A stretch of 27,155 nt of DNA from a virus (taxonomy: Duplodnaviria; Caudoviricetes). The stretch is from the IMG/VR virus record IMGVR_UViG_3300020043_000557, positions 1-27,155 of that record. One strand, written 5' to 3'. Both the position numbers and the translations under genes were made by a program. The notes beneath the pieces were generated by a model. The model saw only the letters and a list, made by a program, of their open reading frames with translations. It was not told the DNA's origin and did no database searches. Shown piece by piece: positions 8,667 through 15,146 of this stretch. Position 1 is the first letter of the stretch; every line of letters begins with the position of its first letter.

Positions 8667-9535
8667 TGCTTAACAACATTGCAGGCTTACTTGCTCCTAC
8701 TACCATCAGTGCATTCTTAGCAGATTACTTGGTCATTGCAGGCGGCGGCGGTGGTGGATCACAAGGCGGCGGCGGTGGTGCTGGCGGTTATAGAACTTCG
8801 ACTGGATTTAGTCTTTCTATAAATACCAACTATACAGTTACAGTCGGTGCTGGTGGTGCTGGTGGCACGACTGCTGGTAATAAAGCGAGCAATGGTAACA
8901 ATTCAGTTTTTAGCACTATTTCATCAACGGCGGGCGGAGCAGGCGCAGGTGGTGCATCAGGTCAAAGAACTCCGAATACTGGTGGTTCTGGCGGTGGTGC
9001 CCCTGTAGCACCAGAAGCAGTTACTGGCGCTGCTGGTAATGCTGGATCTTATTCACCTGTCGAAGGTTTTGCTGGTGGAAATAGCGTTGCAGCTGCTAAT
9101 TATGGTGGAGGCGGTGGCGGTGGTGCATCTGCTGTTGGCGTTAATGGAACTACAACAACGGGTGGAAATGGTGGTGCTGGTAGTGCGTCATCTATTACAG
9201 GATCTTCAGTTACTCGCGGCGGCGGTGGTGGCGCAGGCGTTTACATAAGCGGATCAGCAGCAGGAACGGGTGGCGCAGGTGGCGGTGGTAATGGAAACAT
9301 CGGACAAACTGGCAACCCTACGGCTGGAACTGCTAATACTGGCGGCGGCGGTGGTGGTTCTGGTGAGACTTCCGTTGCAGGAGCTAGTGGTGGTTCTGGA
9401 GTTGTAATCTTAAAATATCCTGACACTAGAACTATAACAATAGGCGCAGGTTTAACAGGTACTACTGCCTCACCATCAGGCGGATTTATTGTATCCACAA
9501 TAACTGCTGGTACTGGAAATGTGAGCTGGACATAA
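8666..9535 (+). CDS. Glycine-rich tail/adhesin-like protein
   Basis: DYLVIAGGGGGG..GGGGAGGYR, YTVTVGAGG, ANTGGGGGG and GGSGVVILKY motifs; start set at the TAATG overlap (8666) rather than 8639. Confidence 0.75.
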   Translation: MLNNIAGLLAPTTISAFLADYLVIAGGGGGGSQGGGGGAGGYRTSTGFSLSINTNYTVTVGAGGAGGTTAGNKASNGNNSVFSTISSTAGGAGAGGASGQRTPNTGGSGGGAPVAPEAVTGAAGNAGSYSPVEGFAGGNSVAAANYGGGGGGGASAVGVNGTTTTGGNGGAGSASSITGSSVTRGGGGGAGVYISGSAAGTGGAGGGGNGNIGQTGNPTAGTANTGGGGGGSGETSVAGASGGSGVVILKYPDTRTITIGAGLTGTTASPSGGFIVSTITAGTGNVSWT

Positions 9536-9849
9536 TGGCACACTACGCATTGCTTGATGACTCTAGTATCGTCACAGAAGTTATTACTGGTATTGACGAA
9601 ACTGAACTAATTGAAGGTCTTGATCCTGAAACATGGTACGGAAATTTCAGAGGCCAAGTCTGCAAACGGACGAGTTACAACGGGAACATTCGCTACAATT
9701 ATGCAGGGATTGGTTATACCTACGATCCTATTGACGACGCATTTATAGCCCCTATTCCATGTAATCATCCAGAGTTATCACTTAACAATCTTAAGCGATG
9801 GGAGTGTGCAACCTGTGACGCGATCGCCGATCAAATGGTGGCTGAGTAA
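9535..9849 (+). CDS. Conserved phage protein accompanying the Gly-rich protein (MAHYA..KRTSYN..YAGIGYTYD..DAFIAP)
   Basis: TAATG overlap; homolog in B; function unknown, possibly a fibre chaperone. Confidence 0.7.
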   Translation: MAHYALLDDSSIVTEVITGIDETELIEGLDPETWYGNFRGQVCKRTSYNGNIRYNYAGIGYTYDPIDDAFIAPIPCNHPELSLNNLKRWECATCDAIADQMVAE

Positions 9850-10261
9850 ATCAGCCGTTCAGCTAAGAGAACAGATTGACGACAGTTATCCTGACCGAGA
9901 TCGTACCTCGGACGGCTCCGTTGGCGATTTGCGTCATTCAGCGCGCCCTTCTCATCACAATCCTTGCCCAAAGACTGGGGTTGTCAGAGCGGTTGATATT
10001 GACGCAGATCTCATGGGAAAGAAAAAGCCGATTCTCATGCCTGACCTTGCAGATCAGATTCGACTCTATGCAAAGTCTGATCGAGCAAAACGCATTGAAT
10101 ATATTATCTTTTCGGGCAAGATCGCTTCAGCCAAGAAAGGCTGGGCTTGGCGAGAATATACTGGCGTCAATCGCCACGATAAACATATGCACGTCAGTTT
10201 TACTCCAAAGGGCGATGAAGATAGTTCGTTCTTTAATATCCCGATGATAGGTGGAAACTAA
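9806..10261 (+). CDS. Putative endolysin (single-domain Zn peptidase, M15/LAS-like)
   Basis: Lysis-cassette position before membrane proteins; SxHNP..RAVDID..HDKHMHVS Zn-ligand pattern. Confidence 0.62.
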   Translation: MQPVTRSPIKWWLSKSAVQLREQIDDSYPDRDRTSDGSVGDLRHSARPSHHNPCPKTGVVRAVDIDADLMGKKKPILMPDLADQIRLYAKSDRAKRIEYIIFSGKIASAKKGWAWREYTGVNRHDKHMHVSFTPKGDEDSSFFNIPMIGGN

Positions 10262-10407
10262 TGGAAGCAATCATTTATGCAACTCTCGGACTTATAGCGA
10301 TCCCTGTCATTCGTGCAGCGATCAAGTCTTACCGAGCTAAGAAGGCCGTTGCAGATATCGTCGTCGATGCCATCGAGGCAGCAGTAGATACTGTGGAGAA
10401 GAAATGA
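10261..10407 (+). CDS. Small membrane protein, putative holin (48 aa, MEAIIYATLGLIAIPVIRAAIK...)
   Basis: TAATG overlap with the endolysin; one N-terminal hydrophobic helix; not in the ORF track. Confidence 0.6.
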   Translation: MEAIIYATLGLIAIPVIRAAIKSYRAKKAVADIVVDAIEAAVDTVEKK

Positions 10408-10553
10408 CGCAGGAGAACTTCTTCACTCTTTACTTTGCCAGCCTTGCAGTAATCGGTGGCCTTGCAGGTTACGTCATTACTCACTTGCTATCCGAAATTA
10501 AGCGACTCAACTCGCGTGTCGATGAGATCTACAACATACTCTTAGAGCGATAA
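10404..10553 (+). CDS. Small membrane protein with TM plus coiled coil (49 aa, MTQENFFTLYFASLAVIGGLAGYVITHLL...), lysis-associated
   Basis: ATGA overlap; GGAG SD; hydrophobic segment then IKRLNSRVDEIY; not in the ORF track. Confidence 0.62.
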   Translation: MTQENFFTLYFASLAVIGGLAGYVITHLLSEIKRLNSRVDEIYNILLER

Positions 10554-10560
10554 TTTTTTC

Positions 10561-10779
10561 ATGGCAAGAAAGAAAGTCATCGACCTTGATACTTACTCGC
10601 AGCTTGACGCTTACGCGATCTCGATGCATGAGTTTTATAAGTCGCTGCGCAGAGCAGGCTTCGCCGTTGACCTCTGCCTAGCAATCATTACTGATCGAGA
10701 CGCTTACCCTGACTGGATTCTGCCTGCGATCCCTGACCGAGTGGATCGGCTACCCTACGAGGACGACGACGAGGACTAA
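10561..10779 (+). CDS. Conserved hypothetical protein, 72 aa, with acidic C-terminus
   Basis: Near-identical B homolog (15147-15365) with synonymous changes. Confidence 0.8.
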   Translation: MARKKVIDLDTYSQLDAYAISMHEFYKSLRRAGFAVDLCLAIITDRDAYPDWILPAIPDRVDRLPYEDDDED

Positions 10780-10784
10780 ACAAG

Positions 10785-11531
10785 ATGCGGAAAATAGTTA
10801 TAATTTCCGATTTGCAAGTTCCATTTCATGATCGAGTAGCAGTAAAGAACGTGGCCAGTTTTATCAGTAAGTTTAAGCCGCATGAGGTAGTAACCATCGG
10901 CGACGAGATTGACTTCAATACAATTAGCAAATGGTCGGAAGGAACGCCAGAAGCATATGAACAGACTCTGGGAGATGATCGCGATGAAGCTGTTCAGGTA
11001 CTTTACGATCTACAAGTAACACAAATGATCAGGTCTAACCACACAGACCGCCTATACAACCAGATCATGAGAAAAATCCCATCATTCTTATCTTTGCCAG
11101 AGCTGCGCTTTGAGAAGTTTATGCAGCTTGACGAGCTTGGGATTACCTTTCATAAGAAGCCATATAACATCGCGCCTAACTGGATCGCAGTTCATGGCGA
11201 CCATACCCCTATTAAGTCTCAAGGCGGCCTCTCAGCCCTTGAGGCGGCCCGTAGACATGGCAAGAGCGTCATCTCAGGTCACACTCACAGGGCAGGCAGA
11301 TCGTCCTTCTCAGAGGCCTCTGGGGGCCGTATAGGGCGTGTTCTGCATGGGGTCGAGGTTGGGAACTTGATGGACTTCTCTAAGGCCTCATACACCAAGG
11401 GATCGGCTAACTGGCAGCAGGCATTCGCCATCATGTACGTTGATGGCAAGAACGTCCAAGTCGATCTGATCTATCTGGAGAAGGACGGCACATTCGTCGT
11501 ATCAGGTAAGCGCTATGGACGACCTAGATAA
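10785..11531 (+). CDS. Calcineurin-like metallophosphoesterase
   Basis: Motifs SDLQ, GDEID, SNH, HGDH, GHTH. Confidence 0.88.
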   Translation: MRKIVIISDLQVPFHDRVAVKNVASFISKFKPHEVVTIGDEIDFNTISKWSEGTPEAYEQTLGDDRDEAVQVLYDLQVTQMIRSNHTDRLYNQIMRKIPSFLSLPELRFEKFMQLDELGITFHKKPYNIAPNWIAVHGDHTPIKSQGGLSALEAARRHGKSVISGHTHRAGRSSFSEASGGRIGRVLHGVEVGNLMDFSKASYTKGSANWQQAFAIMYVDGKNVQVDLIYLEKDGTFVVSGKRYGRPR

Positions 11532-11616
11532 CGAGCTAAATCGAGACATTGACGATCACATAGATGATGCAGAATCGTTACCATTTCGTTATCAAAATTC
11601 TATTGACCGCGCCTGA
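11515..11616 (+). CDS. Acidic micro-protein, 33 aa (MDDLDNELNRDIDDHIDDAESLPFRYQNSIDRA)
   Basis: Overlaps the phosphoesterase end; B homolog shows synonymous third-position changes in this frame. Confidence 0.6.
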   Translation: MDDLDNELNRDIDDHIDDAESLPFRYQNSIDRA

Positions 11617-11672
11617 ACGTCTGTCATAGTTGACTCATTGAAGCCAGAAGGGCTGGCGGATATGAAAGGGCA
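11576..11672 (+). promoter_or_regulatory. Putative early promoter and structured leader: GTTAC-n6-GTTAT repeat, TTGACC -35, TGn-CATAGT -10, GCCAG-aaggg-CTGGC hairpin
   Basis: TTGACC 11603-11608; CATAGT 11625-11630 (16-nt spacer); hairpin 11643-11657; analogous layout in B. Confidence 0.5.
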
Positions 11673-11676
11673 AAAA

Positions 11677-11835
11677 ATGTTACTTTACCAAGTGAGATTA
11701 TTTATAGATAACAAATGGCACGTTATTCGCACCTATGCAGTTAAGTCAGAGGCAGAGACTTTCGCTCAACTACTTCAGCCTGAATGGGATATCAAGGAAG
11801 TTTCAATCCTAGAAGCTAACGAGGTTGGTGCATAA
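11677..11835 (+). CDS. Hypothetical protein, 52 aa (MLLYQVRLFIDNKWHVIRTY...), specific to A
   Basis: AAAGGGC-preceded ATG; TAATG overlap with the next gene; absent from the equivalent position in B. Confidence 0.6.
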   Translation: MLLYQVRLFIDNKWHVIRTYAVKSEAETFAQLLQPEWDIKEVSILEANEVGA

Positions 11836-11879
11836 TGTTTGATCCATCATTAGGCGACTTGGTTGTAATGATTCTCTGA
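11835..11879 (+). pseudogene. Truncated early membrane-protein gene (MFDPSLGDLVVMIL*), cut at the A/B junction
   Basis: First 13-14 codons match the 51-aa B gene at 14105-14260, then homology stops abruptly. Confidence 0.85.
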
Positions 11880-12090
11880 ATACAATCTCATGATGACAAG
11901 CTTCTTGTTTATCTGTTAGTTGATACTTAGCTAAGTCTTTAACATATCGAATTGCTTGGTTCGACGCCTGTGCATCTAAGGGCATTGCCATAGATAGAGC
12001 TATCCCAATAGCGATCGCTACCCTGCGGCCTCTGTCCTTCGGGGCCGCCGTGAGCCCTTGATGGGCTCTAGCGCTGAGAGTACCAGCCAT
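11868..12090 (-). pseudogene. Secreted lytic transglycosylase/SLT-like gene, truncated at the junction just after the ..EIVFRES motif
   Basis: Signal peptide (RGRRVAIAIGIALSMAMPLDAQA); C..EIV.RES resembles the catalytic-Glu helix of lysozyme-like transglycosylases; residues after RES are only the antisense of segment A. Confidence 0.6.
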
Positions 12091-12138
12091 GTCAAATATG
12101 TTCATGTGTAGCATCTCCTATAATCTCAATATGTGGAA

Positions 12139-12154
12139 TGTGAATTAGATCACA
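12139..12154. promoter_or_regulatory. CRP/GlxR-family binding site TGTGA-ATTAGA-TCACA
   Basis: Perfect TGTGA-N6-TCACA in a short intergenic gap upstream of the transglycosylase-like gene. Confidence 0.65.
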
Positions 12155-12155
12155 T

Positions 12156-12344
12156 CTATCTATTATCAGTTGAATAGAAGCCTGTTCCTTTAAAGCTAAC
12201 TCCAACACTTGAATACACCTTGCTCATAGATGAATGACAGAATGGACATTCCAGATCATGTGGCTCATGTATTGACATCCATTTCTCTATTCTGGCGTTG
12301 GACTCGCAATGCTCGTTGTCGCACTCGAACTCATAGGTTGGCAT
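12156..12344 (-). CDS. FmdB-family zinc-ribbon protein
   Basis: MPTYEFEC..C..CPFC..MSKVYS..VSFKGTGFYSTD; start set at MPTY. Confidence 0.85.
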   Translation of the reverse strand: MPTYEFECDNEHCESNARIEKWMSIHEPHDLECPFCHSSMSKVYSSVGVSFKGTGFYSTDNR

Positions 12345-12771
12345 CTGGATCACTCTCACATGTTCTGCATGTCTCGGTAAAGGCCCATGCCCCACACATC
12401 TTGCATCTCATAGGCTCTAGTTTAGCAAGATCATCGCTGAAATCGCCGTAACCTGCTTTGAGCAATAGATCGACCAAGTCGCCCAATCTCATGAATGCAA
12501 GGTAATCCTGTGGATTCTTCTCCCCTTGACCATTCAAGCGAGCAACTACGATAGGCAAGTCACCAGCTTTACCTGCCCTCTTTGTTACTTGGTCGATCCA
12601 TGCCTTTGGCTGGAACGCCGATCTAGCCTTCACTTCCATGTCATAGGGAACATGAGTGATATCTTTTCCAGCCCCTCGACCGATGTCTGCATGTGGCCAC
12701 CAAGTCGATAGGTACTTGGCAACTACACGCTCAGTCGAGAATCCTCGGTACTTACGGCTTTGAGAGGCCAT
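12331..12771 (-). CDS. PD-(D/E)xK nuclease, putative Holliday junction resolvase with C-terminal Zn finger
   Basis: RKYRG..ERVVA..GKDI..MEVK pattern; CKMC..CRTC; start set at MASQSRK. Confidence 0.72.
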   Translation of the reverse strand: MASQSRKYRGFSTERVVAKYLSTWWPHADIGRGAGKDITHVPYDMEVKARSAFQPKAWIDQVTKRAGKAGDLPIVVARLNGQGEKNPQDYLAFMRLGDLVDLLLKAGYGDFSDDLAKLEPMRCKMCGAWAFTETCRTCESDPDANL

Positions 12772-12982
12772 TGACCGCGTGGCACTTAGCGCATGACCAG
12801 CTCTTATTGACAAGATTAACCTTGATGTCTTTGTAAGGGATTGCATCATTACAGAGACAGCATCTTGTCGTAAATGTAAATTCTTCTAAGATGGCAATAA
12901 CTTCCTTCGATCTGTGAATCTCATCCTCCGTTGGAAATGATTCCCATTCACCATCTTGGTTTAAGAACTGCAAACGCCCCAT
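12752..12982 (-). CDS. Zn-finger hypothetical protein (76 aa)
   Basis: CCLC..WSCAKC; TAATG overlap with the upstream gene sets the start at MGRLQF. Confidence 0.7.
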   Translation of the reverse strand: MGRLQFLNQDGEWESFPTEDEIHRSKEVIAILEEFTFTTRCCLCNDAIPYKDIKVNLVNKSWSCAKCHAVNGLSKP

Positions 12983-13695
12983 TACCCTCTCGCCTTCTGT
13001 CGTTGCCATGTGCCATCTTCTTTGCTGATCTCGTACCAGATCACATCGTTAGGAGCTTCACAGCGTCCACCTAGTTCACCCGTTACCCATGCCATACACT
13101 TGAAATGGCCCCATGGCTTATTGCCTGTCTTGCTAGTGCCAGTCTTCCAAACCATGTCTCCATGCTTGCACTTGGGGATGTCCTTCTCTGTCTGGCCGCC
13201 AATAATCTCTTTCACCATCGACACCGCTTCCCCCATTGTGGGCGGCATAGTCGCAGGCTTGATAGTCCATGGATCTTCTTCCTTTACTACTGGAATGTAT
13301 TCGCCAGATGTACTAGCCATCTTAGCCTTTACTTCATCGAGGTTAGCCTTTACTTTAGAAGCTGCTTCGACCTTACTCATTTCTTCTCGGCTTGCTCGTT
13401 TTGATGGGTCGCCTTTAGGGCTATAGCCAGCGTTCGCAAGCGCCCTCGCCAATGCCGAAGTTTCTGCGTTTTCAAGAGCCGAAGTAGCATTGACTCCACG
13501 ACCGGAAATCGTTTCTTCCGCGAGCCCAGAAGCCCAAGGGTGTTGATCAACTTCAGTTCGATAAATGTAAGCCTGAACAATAAAGCGACTACTACTTGCC
13601 TCAATAAGTTTCGTGTCAATTCTGCCATCTGGATGCTCCTTCCAAAACAACTCTAGGCGTTCTGCACATGTCTGATACTCCGAAAGATTAAACAT
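12982..13695 (-). CDS. Single-strand annealing protein (Rad52/Sak-like) with C-terminal Cys/His Zn domain
   Basis: ERL..F..HPDGRI..ASGLAEE..ALENAETSALARAL core; CKHG..FKC..C tail; family assigned from motif memory. Confidence 0.65.
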   Translation of the reverse strand: MFNLSEYQTCAERLELFWKEHPDGRIDTKLIEASSSRFIVQAYIYRTEVDQHPWASGLAEETISGRGVNATSALENAETSALARALANAGYSPKGDPSKRASREEMSKVEAASKVKANLDEVKAKMASTSGEYIPVVKEEDPWTIKPATMPPTMGEAVSMVKEIIGGQTEKDIPKCKHGDMVWKTGTSKTGNKPWGHFKCMAWVTGELGGRCEAPNDVIWYEISKEDGTWQRQKARG

Positions 13696-13837
13696 TTGTG
13701 ACCTCTTTTACTGTTGAATTTTTACCATCTTGCCAAAGAGCAAATATCTCCTCATAGGAAATGCACTTACAAAAATATGCAATAGAACCTTCAATTTTTA
13801 TTGCTTGACCATATCTGTGGCATTTGCGCTTAAACAT
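13688..13837 (-). CDS. AT-rich 49-aa hypothetical protein (MFKRKCHRYGQAIKIEGSIAYFCKCISYEE...), moron-like
   Basis: Open frame overlapping both neighbours through ATGTTTAA; not in the ORF track. Confidence 0.6.
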   Translation of the reverse strand: MFKRKCHRYGQAIKIEGSIAYFCKCISYEEIFALWQDGKNSTVKEVTNV

Positions 13838-14108
13838 AATTCTCATCCCTTTCTGTTATAAGTTCGCAAGCTAGTGCCAAGTAAGCACACGCGTCGATAT
13901 AGGAGTCAACGTGATCTGCGGTTTCTTGGAGTCTTGCCAATTTAACTTCGACCATCGCCAAACATGCTTGATGGTCTGAGATTGGTGTCTCAAGCATCTG
14001 CTGGAGTCGTAATGCGATTCTAGTCTGATTGACACGAGGATGACCATAAACTCGTCCTCGGTCTCCAATGATGTCAGTAGCTGATAATAGGACTTCACTT
14101 GCTTTCAC
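13830..14108 (-). CDS. DUF6378-like helical phage protein (possible nucleotide pyrophosphatase-like fold)
   Basis: A..II.DRGRVYGHP..RIA..MVEVKLARL..DSYIDACAY; GTG start at 14108 from a GTGA overlap (ORF-track start 14279 too long). Confidence 0.7.
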   Translation of the reverse strand: MKASEVLLSATDIIGDRGRVYGHPRVNQTRIALRLQQMLETPISDHQACLAMVEVKLARLQETADHVDSYIDACAYLALACELITERDENYV

Positions 14109-14260
14109 ACTCGCACCCTTTCTTTTGTCTCGTAGTAATCTCGGACTGCTTTGCGGCCTTTTAGATAACCTACGCGAATGCCGACAATACGGCCTAGATG
14201 AAAATATAGTGCTGATAAGACAATCATGGCAACCAAGTCGCCTAATGATGGATCGAACAT
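14105..14260 (-). CDS. Early single-TM membrane protein, 51 aa (MFDPSLGDLVAMIVLSALYFHLGRIVGIRVGYLKGRKAVRDYYETKERVRV)
   Basis: GAGAGG SD; GTGA overlap with the next gene; N-terminus conserved in A. Confidence 0.75.
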   Translation of the reverse strand: MFDPSLGDLVAMIVLSALYFHLGRIVGIRVGYLKGRKAVRDYYETKERVRV

Positions 14261-14264
14261 GTTG

Positions 14265-14298
14265 GAGCCTCTCTATCAACGCCCTTCGTTGATGGCTC
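14265..14298 (-). promoter_or_regulatory. Structured early leader: GAGCC-ATCAACG-aaggg-CGTTGAT-..-GGCTC hairpin overlapping the SD
   Basis: 7-bp perfect inner stem plus 5-bp outer stem; same AAGGG loop as the A hairpin but a different stem sequence. Confidence 0.55.
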
Positions 14299-14305
14299 TA
14301 CTGTC

Positions 14306-14416
14306 TCACGCCCTAAGGGGGAATTTTAGGAATTTAAGATAACGAAATGGTAACGATTCTGCGTCATCAATGTGATCATCGATGTCTCGATCGAGCTCGT
14401 TATCTAGGTCGTCCAT
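14306..14416 (-). CDS. Acidic micro-protein, 36 aa (MDDLDNELDRDIDDHIDDAESLPFRYLKFLKFPLRA)
   Basis: Homolog of 11515-11616 with synonymous substitutions. Confidence 0.6.
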   Translation of the reverse strand: MDDLDNELDRDIDDHIDDAESLPFRYLKFLKFPLRA

Positions 14417-15146
14417 AGCGCTTGCCTGAGACCACGAAAGTTCCGTCCTTCTCGATGTAGATCAGGTCAACCTGGACGTTCTTGCCCTCGACGTACATAA
14501 TGGCGAAAGCCTGTTGCCAGTTAGCCGATCCCTTGGTGTAACTGGCCTTAGAAAAGTCCATTAAATTTCCCACTTCTACGCCATGCAGAACACGCCCTAT
14601 ACGGCCTCCAGATGCCTCTGAGAAGGACGATCTGCCCGCCCTGTGAGTATGTCCTGAGATGACTGATTTGCCGTGCCTACGGGCTGCCTCAAGGGCTGAA
14701 AGACCGCCTTGAGACTTGATAGGGGTGTGATCGCCATGGACTGCAATCCAGCCAGGAGCGATGTTATACGGCTTGCGATGGAAGGTAATTCCTAACTGGT
14801 CAAGCTGCATAAACTTCTCAAATCGAAGTTCTGGCAATGACAGGAATGATGGAATCTTACGCATGATCTGTGTGTAAAGGCGATCCGTGTGATTAGACCG
14901 AATCATCTGTGTTACTTGGAGATCGTAAAGTACCTGAACAGCTTCATCGCGATCATCTCCCAGAGTCTGCTCATAAGCTTCTGGCGTCCCTTCTGACCAC
15001 TTGCTAATCGTGTTGAAATCAATCTCGTCACCTATTGTGACTACTTCGTGCGGCTTAAACTTGGCTATAAATTGTGCTACATTCTTGACTGCGTGTCGAT
15101 CATGAAAGGGAACCTGTAGGTCACTCACTATGACTATGCGCTTCAT
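14400..15146 (-). CDS. Calcineurin-like metallophosphoesterase
   Basis: Same motifs as the A copy; 12 differences in 248 aa by eye. Confidence 0.88.
   Translation of the reverse strand: MKRIVIVSDLQVPFHDRHAVKNVAQFIAKFKPHEVVTIGDEIDFNTISKWSEGTPEAYEQTLGDDRDEAVQVLYDLQVTQMIRSNHTDRLYTQIMRKIPSFLSLPELRFEKFMQLDQLGITFHRKPYNIAPGWIAVHGDHTPIKSQGGLSALEAARRHGKSVISGHTHRAGRSSFSEASGGRIGRVLHGVEVGNLMDFSKASYTKGSANWQQAFAIMYVEGKNVQVDLIYIEKDGTFVVSGKRYGRPR

Larger units (their letters stand above)
1..11877 (+). mobile_element. Phage genome segment A (miniature siphovirus-like phage): terL end to the start of the early region
   Basis: Contiguous co-oriented terL-portal-protease/capsid-neck-tail-TMP-lysis gene order with TAATG/ATGA overlaps; collinear with segment B. 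Confidence 0.93.

Noticed and set aside
8730-9400. GGC/GGT-rich repeats as a CRISPR array, VNTR or collagen
   Set aside because: They are poly-Gly codons in an ORF; there is no repeat-spacer periodicity and no Gly-X-Y pattern.
11809-11867. C-terminus LQPSRLMMDQTLCTNLVSF of ORF 11809-12114 as real protein
   Set aside because: It is the antisense reading of segment A past the junction; the same QPSRLMMD string appears antisense to the B homolog at about 14230-14255.
11860-11890. attL/attR site or prophage integration boundary
   Set aside because: No integrase, tRNA, host genes or duplicated core sequence is visible.
14109-14279. N-terminal extension of ORF 13830-14279
   Set aside because: It overlaps the conserved 51-aa membrane gene in another frame; the GTGA overlap at 14108 is the better start.
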